From an uncultured Gammaproteobacteria bacterium (lineage in GTDB: Bacteria; Patescibacteriota; Microgenomatia; CAYQLK01), in assembly GCA_964426075.1 (NCBI GenBank), contig CAYROP010000002.1, positions 1 to 47,345 of the forward strand: a stretch of DNA of 47,345 bases, in the 5' to 3' direction. The notes beneath the pieces were generated by a model. That model was not told where the DNA came from and searched no databases. It saw nothing but the letters and a program-made list of their open reading frames with translations. Positions 25,664-34,131 of the stretch are shown piece by piece. Made by a program: the position numbers and the translations under genes. Each line of letters opens with the position of its first letter. Positions within the stretch are counted from its first letter, which is position 1.

Positions 25664-25858
25664 ATGTCAAAAGTAAAAACAAAAAAATCAGCTATTAAAA
25701 GATTCAAGGTTACCAAAAGCGGTAAAGTTCTACGTGGCCGCCAAATGGGATCCCATCTTAAGCTGGCAAAAAGTAAAAGCCAAAAAAGAAGACAGGCTAG
25801 TGTCGGCAAAATCGAAAACGAAGATGCACGCCGAATCCGCCGCCTAACACTAAACTAA
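25664..25858 (+). CDS. rpmI: 50S ribosomal protein L35
   Basis: MSKVKTKKSAIKRFKVTKSGKV is a typical L35 N-terminus. infC-rpmI-rplT synteny. Confidence 0.9.
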   Translation: MSKVKTKKSAIKRFKVTKSGKVLRGRQMGSHLKLAKSKSQKRRQASVGKIENEDARRIRRLTLN

Positions 25859-25864
25859 ACCAAT

Positions 25865-26212
25865 ATGCCAAGAGTCAAAAGGGGAGTCATCTCCCGCGCC
25901 AAACACAAAAAAGTCCTAAAAGCCGCTGAAGGTTTTCGTGGACCTAGGAGAAAACTAACCCGACAAGCTATTCAATCCACCCTAAAAGCTGGACAGCATG
26001 CATATGCCGGCAGACGTTTACGCAGAAGAGATGCTCGCCGTGAGTGGATTACCACGATTAATGCAGCACTTTCTGGAACTGAATTAAGTTACAGCAAATT
26101 TATCGCACTTTTGGTCAAAAAAGAGATCAAACTTGACCGCAAAGTTCTTTCTGATATGATTCTGACTGATCGACCTTTTTTTGACGAATTAGTCAAAACT
26201 GTTCAAAAATAA
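25865..26212 (+). CDS. rplT: 50S ribosomal protein L20
   Basis: MPRVKRGVISRAKHKKVLK is a typical L20 N-terminus. Confidence 0.9.
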   Translation: MPRVKRGVISRAKHKKVLKAAEGFRGPRRKLTRQAIQSTLKAGQHAYAGRRLRRRDARREWITTINAALSGTELSYSKFIALLVKKEIKLDRKVLSDMILTDRPFFDELVKTVQK

Positions 26213-26271
26213 ACTATCTACGATATCTTGTTTCTCAAAAAAATATCGAAAATAAGTTATCCTTGTAATTA

Positions 26272-27297
26272 ATGATTGAAGAGATTGATCGCCTCTATGA
26301 CGATCTAGCTAACCGAATTAATTCTGCCAAAACCGAAACCGAGCTTCTTGCTGTTGAAAAAGCCGTCAAACTGGAATTAAGTAACGCAATTTCATCGATT
26401 AAAAACTTTCCACCCGAAAATCGCAGCGAAGCAGGTAAAAAATTTAACGAGCTCAAAAACCTTTGTAACGATCTAATCGAAAAACAAAAAACCACTCTTA
26501 CAGCTAAAAACAACAAAAAAATTGATTTTACAATTCCCTCAGTAATTCCAACCACCGGTTCACTTCACCTAATTACTCAAGCCATTGATGAAATAACTGA
26601 AATTTTTGAAATGCTTGGTTTTACCAGAGTTAGGTACCCTGAAGTAGAAACGGACTGGTACGCCTTTGAGGCTCTCAATATGAACGCCGATCATCCAGCT
26701 CGTGACGAGTGGGAAACATTTTTTATAAACAACCCAGAAAACAACAAGCTCAAAAAACCTCAAACCATAGTCCTCACCCCACACACATCAAACGGTCAGG
26801 TCAGAGAAATGCAAAGAGTTAAAAATCCGCCAATTAGAATGCTCAATATCGCCAAATGCTACCGCAGACAATCCGACGTATCTCACAACCCTTTCTTTTA
26901 TCAATTTGAAGGACTACTTGTTGGTAAAGATATTTCAATCTCTCATCTTAAAGGAACCCTAGACTACTTCGTCAAAAACTTCTTTGGGGCAGAAAGACAA
27001 ACCAGACTCCGACCATATCATTTTCAATTCACCGAACCCTCATTCGAAATAGACATTACTTGCGGAGTTTGCAACGGTCGTGGCTGCAAAGTCTGCAAAG
27101 AAGGCTGGCTAGAACTTGGGGGAGCAGGAATGGTCCATCCTAATGTCTTAAAAGCCGGCAATATCGATCACAAAAAATACTCTGGTTTTGCTTTTGGGTG
27201 GGGAGTAGAGCGCACAATGATGATGAAAGACAATCTCAATATCGACGATGTCCGCAAACTATACGAACCAGATTTAAGATTTTTAAGACAATTTTAA
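26272..27297 (+). CDS. pheS: Phenylalanyl-tRNA synthetase alpha subunit
   Basis: Class II motifs (HPARDEWETFF, CYRRQ, GFAFGWGVERTMM) and an N-terminal coiled coil. Confidence 0.9.
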   Translation: MIEEIDRLYDDLANRINSAKTETELLAVEKAVKLELSNAISSIKNFPPENRSEAGKKFNELKNLCNDLIEKQKTTLTAKNNKKIDFTIPSVIPTTGSLHLITQAIDEITEIFEMLGFTRVRYPEVETDWYAFEALNMNADHPARDEWETFFINNPENNKLKKPQTIVLTPHTSNGQVREMQRVKNPPIRMLNIAKCYRRQSDVSHNPFFYQFEGLLVGKDISISHLKGTLDYFVKNFFGAERQTRLRPYHFQFTEPSFEIDITCGVCNGRGCKVCKEGWLELGGAGMVHPNVLKAGNIDHKKYSGFAFGWGVERTMMMKDNLNIDDVRKLYEPDLRFLRQF

Positions 27298-27298
27298 A

Positions 27299-29278
27299 AT
27301 GAATATTTTAGTACCACATTCTTGGCTTTTGGACTTTCTTAAAACTAGTGTGTCACCAGACAAACTCGCCCAAACTGTTTCACTCTGTGGACCGTCGTTT
27401 GAAAGATCGCGCAAATTAGGTAAAGAAACTATTTATGATATTGAAATAACCACCAACCGACCAGATACCGCCTCAATTATTGGAATTGCAAGAGAAGCCG
27501 CCACAATCTTGCCAGAATTTGGAATCAAAGCTAAATTTGTCGATCCATATCTAAACAAAACCTCATTTTCTGTACAAAAATCGCAAACTCTACCAATCAA
27601 AATAAAAACCGCCAAAGATACTGTATTAAGATTCTCTGCAATTGTTATCGACAATGTCGAGGTCAAAAAATCTCCACTTAAAATAGCTAAAAGACTTGAA
27701 AGTGTAGGCATAAGACCAATTAACAATCTTGTTGATCTTACAAACTACATCATGATCGAAACAGGTCAACCGATGCACGCTTTTGATTATGATTCTATTC
27801 TTGGCCAAACAGCTAGTGTCGAACTCAGTAAAAATGAGGAGATAATGACTACTCTTGACGGCAAAGAACACACACTACCTCAAGGGTCGATAATTATTCG
27901 CGACAGTAAACGAATAATTGACTTAGCCGGCATCATGGGCGGAGAGAATTCTCAAATTACCAACCAAACAACACGAGTTTTATTAACATCCGCCGTTTAT
28001 AATCCTAAAAGAATTAGAGCTACATCACTCAAACTTGCTCACCGCACCCAGGCTGCTACTTTGTTTGAAAAGGGAATCGATCCTGAACAGTCAATTAAAG
28101 TTCTCGATCGATCCATAAAACTTTTATCAAAACTTTCACCCAATAGCAAAATAGCCAGTGATTTGATTGATATATATCCAATAACCAACAAAACTAAAAC
28201 AGTTAGCCTTAATCATGAACTTTTAGAAAAATACCTAGGTATCGAAATCAGCCCAAAAACTGTAGTGAGAATTTTAAACGGCTTACAAATTAACACAAGC
28301 TTCCAAACCACACCCAAAAAATACCTAAGTACTATCCCATCTCACAGGTCAGCCGATATGGAAATAGAGCAGGACCTAATAGAAGAAGTCGCTCGTATCT
28401 ACGGTTATCACAAACTACCTTCAACTCTGCCTCCGCAATTAGAAAAAATTGCCCCAAAACAAACACAATTTGTACTTGAAGAAATTATCAAAAAAATACT
28501 CATAAAACATAATTTTAACGAAGTTTATAATAGTCCTATTATTTCCAAAGACCTTCTCGAACAGAGTCTATTCCCAGAAAACAAAATAGTAAAAATAACC
28601 AATCCAATTAGTGAAAATATGTTTATGCGACCAAGCCTAATACCATCAATGGCACAAACTGCTGAGCTTAACCTTAAATACACACCTAAATTCAACCTAT
28701 TTGAACTAGCAAATATTTATATTCCACAAAAACTGTCACCACTTCCGCAAGAAAAAATGCAATTTTGTTTGTATACAAATACTTTTTCTGTTTCAGAATT
28801 TAAAGGTATTATCGAACAAATTCTAAGTAGGTTAGGTATTAAATTCGATATTTCATTCGATGCGCAAAATACTGAATTTGATCCCGATCAATCCATAAAA
28901 TACTTATCCGGTAAATTAGAACTTATAACTCTTGGTGTAGTTAAAAAATTCCACAACCTTGGTTTTTTTGCCATAATCGACACCTCAAACATCATAAAAA
29001 CAGCAAAACCCAAAGTATCATTTAAACCCATTCCAACCTACCCGCCAACATTCGAAGATATAACGATTGAAACAGCAAGTGATACAAAAATCGGACAAAT
29101 CGTTTCAAAAATACTAAAGATTAGTCCAAAAATCATAAACATTAGTTATGTCGAAGGTTTTGCCAAAAAAACCAAAATCGCTCACACGTTTAAAATCGAA
29201 TTAAGAGATAGTAAAAAAACCATCACCAAAGAAGAAGCTACAGAAATTAAGGCAAAAATTATCAATAAATTCAAATAA
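27299..29278 (+). CDS. pheT: Phenylalanyl-tRNA synthetase beta subunit (short, 659 aa)
   Basis: Immediately follows pheS. Has B3/4 and B5-like segments (TNRPDTASIIGIAREA, MHAFDYD) and a C-terminal ferredoxin-fold anticodon-binding region. Confidence 0.85.
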   Translation: MNILVPHSWLLDFLKTSVSPDKLAQTVSLCGPSFERSRKLGKETIYDIEITTNRPDTASIIGIAREAATILPEFGIKAKFVDPYLNKTSFSVQKSQTLPIKIKTAKDTVLRFSAIVIDNVEVKKSPLKIAKRLESVGIRPINNLVDLTNYIMIETGQPMHAFDYDSILGQTASVELSKNEEIMTTLDGKEHTLPQGSIIIRDSKRIIDLAGIMGGENSQITNQTTRVLLTSAVYNPKRIRATSLKLAHRTQAATLFEKGIDPEQSIKVLDRSIKLLSKLSPNSKIASDLIDIYPITNKTKTVSLNHELLEKYLGIEISPKTVVRILNGLQINTSFQTTPKKYLSTIPSHRSADMEIEQDLIEEVARIYGYHKLPSTLPPQLEKIAPKQTQFVLEEIIKKILIKHNFNEVYNSPIISKDLLEQSLFPENKIVKITNPISENMFMRPSLIPSMAQTAELNLKYTPKFNLFELANIYIPQKLSPLPQEKMQFCLYTNTFSVSEFKGIIEQILSRLGIKFDISFDAQNTEFDPDQSIKYLSGKLELITLGVVKKFHNLGFFAIIDTSNIIKTAKPKVSFKPIPTYPPTFEDITIETASDTKIGQIVSKILKISPKIINISYVEGFAKKTKIAHTFKIELRDSKKTITKEEATEIKAKIINKFK

Positions 29279-29320
29279 CTCTAGGATTTTTTTATCTCAA
29301 CAACCTTCGACTAAATACTC

Positions 29321-29349
29321 TTGACAAACTAATAACTATAGGGTATAAT
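29321..29349 (+). promoter_or_regulatory. Consensus sigma70 promoter of the ORF-free GC-rich unit
   Basis: TTGACA (29321-29326), exactly 17-nt spacer, TATAAT (29344-29349). Confidence 0.6.
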
Positions 29350-29355
29350 CATCAC

Positions 29356-30098
29356 AATAAGCAGTGTAACATCTGCTTGTCCGCTCTTTCATTTTATTGG
29401 AGGTAGAGACATGAGGCCGCCAAATCCTTCTGGTCTGTAAAAAGCCAATAGAAGGTGGCCGAGGACTCCATTTTCGTTTCGTGGCCCACTCAGGGAAATC
29501 CGCAAGGCGAGATACCTACCCGGGGAGAATAAACCCTCTGCGCGTAGTACCGCCCTGCCAAGCCAGAATTCGCCTATGGTTACTCCGCAAGAAAACACGC
29601 GGTAAATACCTAAGGCAGATAAAGGAGCACGACTACATATGGATGTCTGATTCTGTCGGCTGTTTAGCTTTGTCCTAAGATAATGCCAAGAATAGGCTAG
29701 TCGAAGGAAAAGTGGATCAGCCCCTCAAAAGAGCCCGCGAACGAACGGGCGCAGGTGGCCCCCAAAATCGCCACGAGTTCGATCTCGTGGAACGAATAGG
29801 GCGCCAACCTCGAGATCTCGGCTTCCACCTTCCGTGTAGCCCAGAATGTTGTTTTCTCTCTTACTTTAAGGGAAACGACACAAAGGCAATCCCATACACA
29901 CGGTAAAGGTCAAAGAAAGGAGATTGGCCATGCAGCGCCGGTCCTGCCAGGACCAGTAAGTCGCGACACGGTATAACGCCCCATCGCTGCCCAGCGTTAC
30001 AGGGACTAAAGAAAAGTCGTAACTTCTGGCGAAGCGACAAAAAATAATTTCGCCACCACATCCTCAAGGCCGGAGCCCACAAAGCTCCGGCCTTTTTT
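29356..30098 (+). ncRNA. Candidate large structured non-coding RNA (about 740 nt), class unknown
   Basis: Bounded by a consensus promoter and a strong terminator. GC-rich. No ORF longer than 73 aa in any frame. Dense local and nested helices. No RNase P or tmRNA signature recognised by eye. Confidence 0.45.
30068..30098 (+). terminator. Intrinsic terminator of the ORF-free unit
   Basis: Stem ggccggagc / gctccggcc (9 bp), followed by T6. Confidence 0.75.
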
Positions 30099-30144
30099 CT
30101 TATCTAAATATTTTGTTTAACTAGAAAAAAGGGGAAGACAGACA

Positions 30145-32778
30145 CTAATCAACCCAAGGCTGCCCAACTGAAACATTGATCTCTTTACTTCCCACACCAC
30201 CATTTTTAAGGTTACAAGCGACTCTAATCTTGTGTTTACCTTTTTGTCCATCGGTAAACAAATATTCAAACTCTGGACTCAACCCTTGATTAGTTTTGAC
30301 CTTATTATCGTCAATATATAATTCACATTTTTCAACATTACTATCATCTTTGACTGTAACCTTCGCCTTAATCGTAACCTTTAGATCAACCTGATCTTTA
30401 TCTCTCGGCCTATCCATATCCAAGATTACATCCGTATCTGATACAGACGATTTACCATCAGAGTTCTCTGTAGGTGGCCTATACCTTTCATCGGTTTGAG
30501 TCGCTGCCCAAGCGTTAATTCCTTCTTGCCAGCGATTCTTACCATCAGTCGAAATCGGATCCTCTTCATTGAATACAAAATATTCTTTCTCGTCATACTC
30601 ACCCTTAGCAACTTCCAAGTCGTTTGCCAGTTTACCTGTAGACTTACTTACTTTTACCTTTTTAAACTTCAGACAGTCTTCTGTAGGTTCTGTTCCTTTA
30701 ACAAAATATTCAGCTCTTGTTGCAAAATCGCGACAGACCTTACCACCACCAATTGCATCAATTACCTCAGATGTAACATTCGACGGAACTTTAAAATCTT
30801 CACTCTTTTTATCTTTTAAGGCATAACTCATAATCTTATTCCAAATTGGTGATGCTCCAGTTAAACCAGAAGAAATCTTAGGATTCATGGGACTATTGTC
30901 GTTGTTACCAACCCAAACACCCACAACAACCGATGGAGTGTAACCGACAGTCCAGTTATCACGCTTATCATCTGTCGTACCTGTTTTGACTGAAACAGTC
31001 TTTCCCGGCACAACCAAGCTTGATCCAGTACCAAAAGCCGACGAGCGAGCAGCATTATCCAACAAGAAATGAGAAATAATAAATGAGGTCTCTTCGCTCA
31101 AAACCTTTGGACCTTCTTTCGGTTTATTTTCCTTAAGTGTTTTACCTTTACGATCCTCGATCTTTAATATCGAAATAGGCTCTTGTCTACGTCCACCGTT
31201 TGCAAACACGCCAAAAGCCGTTGTCATATCAATTAATTTAACCTCACCTCCACCCAAAGTAACCGACAAACCAAATCGTTTCATATTGTCGTTCGTTGGT
31301 TCAAGAGTCGAAAGTCCCATATCATATGCAGTCTGTAACATGCTTTTTACTCCAACCATCGCAAGCAACTTAACCGCAGGAATATTGTATGAATTAGCCA
31401 GAGCATATCTTAGCTGAGTCGGACCATGAAACTTACTATCATAGTTAACCGGCTTGTAAGGTGGCTGACCAGCTCCACCGGGGAATTCTGTCGGTGTATC
31501 CATTATTACTGTACTCGAAGGCAAACCTTCTTCAATTGCGGTTGCATATGTCACAGGTTTAATCGACGATCCAGGTTGTCTTAGTGCTGTTGCCACATTG
31601 TATTTACCATCATATTCCTCATCAAAATAATCTTTTGAGCCAACCATTGCCAAAATCTCACCATTTTTAGGGTCAGTAACCATAGCTGCACCGTTGGTTG
31701 CATTAAGATCCGCAAGCTTGGTCACTTCGTCATAAACAATCTTCTGTGCCTCTTCCTGCAAATCAAGATCCAAACTTGTCGTAACCTTAAGTCCTCCAGA
31801 CTGCACGACTGATTCACCATACTCATTTTCTAACTGCTCACGAATATAAAAAACAAAGTGTGGAGCCTTGAAAGTTTCATTTGATTTCGCAAAAACCACA
31901 CTTGGTAGTTCAGACACAATTTGCTCTTCCTGCTCTTTGGTAATGTAATTATCTTCACGCATTCTTCTAGCAACATCTTTTGATCTATCTATATAAGCTG
32001 TTGGGTTCTGACCAAAAGGGGATAGATAGGTAGGTCTTTGTGGAAGTCCAGCTAAAATAACTGCTTCAGTCAAAGTCAGATCTTTTGAGGTTTTGCCAAA
32101 ATATAACTGCGAAGCTGCCTCAATCCCCGAAGCTGTACCACCATAAGGAATTTCATTTAAATAAATCTGTAATATTTCGTCTTTAGAGTATTTTCCCTCT
32201 ATCTGAACAGCCAAAATAAACTCCTTAAACTTACGGGTTAAAGTCTGTTCATCGGTCAATAAGGCCTTTTTAACCAACTGCTGAGTAATCGTCGATCCAC
32301 CCTGCGTATCTCCAAAAAACACTGTTTTAATAAATCCGCGAATAAAACCAACCGGACTAAAACCACCGTGTTTATAAAAATTCTGGTCCTCAATCGCAAT
32401 TGACGCTTGAGGAACATAAGGCGGCAAACTCTTTAATTCGACAAGGGATCTATTTTCATTACCGTAAACATCATAAAGAAGCTTGCCATTTCGATCCAAA
32501 ATCTTCGTCGACAACTCCTGATCTCTTTCAGTAAGTTTTGTAGGCGATGGTAAACTGCGAGACACTATGGCAAAAAGAATTCCAATAAAAACAATCATTA
32601 CTACAAGACCCGCAATTAAAGCCGTTGTTGCAAACGCCACAAGTTTTGCTTTTTTGCTTTTACGCGAAAAAAGTAATCTTTTGGTTGTGCCGGAAAAATA
32701 AACTGGTCTCCTACGACCAGATGACTGTGGAACCTTTAACATTCCTACTATTCTAACAAGCCTACTTATAGTAAACAA
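30145..32778 (-). CDS. Bifunctional class A penicillin-binding protein (glycosyltransferase GT51 + transpeptidase) with a C-terminal extension
   Basis: N-terminal TM helix; GT51 motifs (EDQNFYKHGG, GGSTITQQLVK, RKFKE); transpeptidase SSIKP, SYN and KTGT motifs; about 220 extra C-terminal residues. Confidence 0.85.
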   Translation of the reverse strand: MFTISRLVRIVGMLKVPQSSGRRRPVYFSGTTKRLLFSRKSKKAKLVAFATTALIAGLVVMIVFIGILFAIVSRSLPSPTKLTERDQELSTKILDRNGKLLYDVYGNENRSLVELKSLPPYVPQASIAIEDQNFYKHGGFSPVGFIRGFIKTVFFGDTQGGSTITQQLVKKALLTDEQTLTRKFKEFILAVQIEGKYSKDEILQIYLNEIPYGGTASGIEAASQLYFGKTSKDLTLTEAVILAGLPQRPTYLSPFGQNPTAYIDRSKDVARRMREDNYITKEQEEQIVSELPSVVFAKSNETFKAPHFVFYIREQLENEYGESVVQSGGLKVTTSLDLDLQEEAQKIVYDEVTKLADLNATNGAAMVTDPKNGEILAMVGSKDYFDEEYDGKYNVATALRQPGSSIKPVTYATAIEEGLPSSTVIMDTPTEFPGGAGQPPYKPVNYDSKFHGPTQLRYALANSYNIPAVKLLAMVGVKSMLQTAYDMGLSTLEPTNDNMKRFGLSVTLGGGEVKLIDMTTAFGVFANGGRRQEPISILKIEDRKGKTLKENKPKEGPKVLSEETSFIISHFLLDNAARSSAFGTGSSLVVPGKTVSVKTGTTDDKRDNWTVGYTPSVVVGVWVGNNDNSPMNPKISSGLTGASPIWNKIMSYALKDKKSEDFKVPSNVTSEVIDAIGGGKVCRDFATRAEYFVKGTEPTEDCLKFKKVKVSKSTGKLANDLEVAKGEYDEKEYFVFNEEDPISTDGKNRWQEGINAWAATQTDERYRPPTENSDGKSSVSDTDVILDMDRPRDKDQVDLKVTIKAKVTVKDDSNVEKCELYIDDNKVKTNQGLSPEFEYLFTDGQKGKHKIRVACNLKNGGVGSKEINVSVGQPWVD

Positions 32779-32834
32779 ATCAATAAGTACTAATATATTT
32801 GGAATTAGCCTGAATTTATGTCAAAATAAAATCC

Positions 32835-33962
32835 ATGCAAAGCCTAGACGAAGTCTTAACTCGCGGTGTCGACAAAATCTATCCAGACACCTCATCACTC
32901 AAAACCGCACTTGAAACAAAAAAACTTCGCATCTACTGCGGATTCGACCCAACAGGCAACACTCTCCATTTAGGCCATGTCGTCAACCTCCTCAAACTTC
33001 GCGCATTCCACCTGCTTGGCCATGATGTTTTTGTAGTAATTGGTACTTTTACGGCTCGCATTGGCGATCCAGACAAGGCAGAGACAAGAGCAAAACTAAC
33101 AATTGAACAGGTCAAAGAGAACGCTTCCGACTATATCAGACAAATAAGACTCTTCTTCCCGGAAGTTGACGATAATCACATCAAATACAACTCCGAATGG
33201 CTCGACAAAATGGACCTGTCCGAAATGCTCGAATACCTTAGTTTTTTCACACATGCCCAAATCATCGAACGAGATCTTTTTCAAGAAAGACTAAAAAAAG
33301 GCTCTTCACTGGCAATGTCCGAATTGATGTATCCAATTATGCAGGCGATAGACAGTGACAAACTTAACATCGATCTTGAACTTGGCGGAGCTGATCAAAC
33401 CTTCAATATGTTAATCGGCAAGGAACTGATGCGTAAAAAAAATAATAAAGAAAAATTCGTACTTACCAATCGATTATTAGTTGACGAAAAAGGCGAAAAG
33501 GCAGGCAAAACCACAGGCAATATGATTGCCATCTCTGATTCTCCAAAAGCAATTTGGGACAAAATATTACAACTTCCTAGAGACTTAATTAAACCTTACA
33601 TGGAAGGTGCGACTGATTTAGACAAAGAAAGAATCGATCAACTAACTTCAGATCTTACAAACAGCGCCAACATTAACAAAACCTTAACAGAGCTTGCCAA
33701 CTACTTTAACGAAAAAATTCACAACCAAAAACCGACCAACTTAACAACTGAATCTGTTGCCAAAGTTAAAAATACCCCAAATCAAACTTTGCTTGATATA
33801 GCCATCGAATCAAACCTTTTTTCAAGTAACTCAGAAGCTAAAAACAGAATTTCCGAAGGGGTATTGGTTGGCGATAAAAAAATTACAGACTTCAACTATC
33901 AACCAGAAAACAATGAGAATGAAATTTATTTTGGAAAAAAGAATAAAGTTATAAGAGAATGA
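32835..33962 (+). CDS. tyrS: Tyrosyl-tRNA synthetase
   Basis: Class I HIGH-type motif (TLHLGH), a KMSKS-equivalent KAGKTTGN, and a C-terminal S4-like segment (SNSEAKNRISEGVLVGDKKI). Confidence 0.8.
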   Translation: MQSLDEVLTRGVDKIYPDTSSLKTALETKKLRIYCGFDPTGNTLHLGHVVNLLKLRAFHLLGHDVFVVIGTFTARIGDPDKAETRAKLTIEQVKENASDYIRQIRLFFPEVDDNHIKYNSEWLDKMDLSEMLEYLSFFTHAQIIERDLFQERLKKGSSLAMSELMYPIMQAIDSDKLNIDLELGGADQTFNMLIGKELMRKKNNKEKFVLTNRLLVDEKGEKAGKTTGNMIAISDSPKAIWDKILQLPRDLIKPYMEGATDLDKERIDQLTSDLTNSANINKTLTELANYFNEKIHNQKPTNLTTESVAKVKNTPNQTLLDIAIESNLFSSNSEAKNRISEGVLVGDKKITDFNYQPENNENEIYFGKKNKVIRE

Positions 33963-34096
33963 GAAAAATAACCGTCAAACCCCGCAAACTACTTCCACGC
34001 AAAAAACACCTTAAACTAGCTGCAAAAATTTTAGCTCTAATCGCCGGAATAATTATTATTTTGTCCTCGATTCTCTTACCGCTAGCATACTCTTAG
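33959..34096 (+). CDS. Possible 45-aa tail-anchored small membrane protein, coupled to tyrS
   Basis: My own translation: MRKITVKPRKLLPRKKHLKLAAKILALIAGIIIILSSILLPLAYS. ATGA overlap with the tyrS stop. Confidence 0.3.
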   Translation: MRKITVKPRKLLPRKKHLKLAAKILALIAGIIIILSSILLPLAYS

Positions 34097-34131
34097 CTTT
34101 TGCCTTTAGCCCTTATAATTCTTAAGTAATT

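Noticed and set aside
29389-30082. Four short ORFs (64-73 aa) inside the ORF-free GC-rich unit, two of them in the same + frame separated by one TAA
   Set aside because: They have no SD, Arg-rich improbable products and no C-ending third-position bias. I considered a pseudogenised protein gene and kept that only as an alternative in the finding. The dense helices favour an RNA.
29356-30098. Identification of the large RNA as RNase P RNA, tmRNA, or both in tandem (the combined size would fit)
   Set aside because: I could not find GGAAAGUCC-type CR-I or ACAGAA..GGCUUA-type CR-IV/V blocks on either strand. I also found no tRNA-like T-arm plus acceptor ending in CCA. The cgccacca near 30050 is preceded by an A-rich hairpin, not a T-arm. 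The 9-nt match ctgattctg to the E. coli tmRNA 5' region is too short to count. The identification still needs a covariance-model search.
23246-33962. T-box or other leader riboswitches upstream of thrS, pheS and tyrS
   Set aside because: The upstream intergenic regions are only about 55-90 nt or are overlapped by coding sequence. That is far too short for a T-box, and no specifier or T-box sequence is visible.
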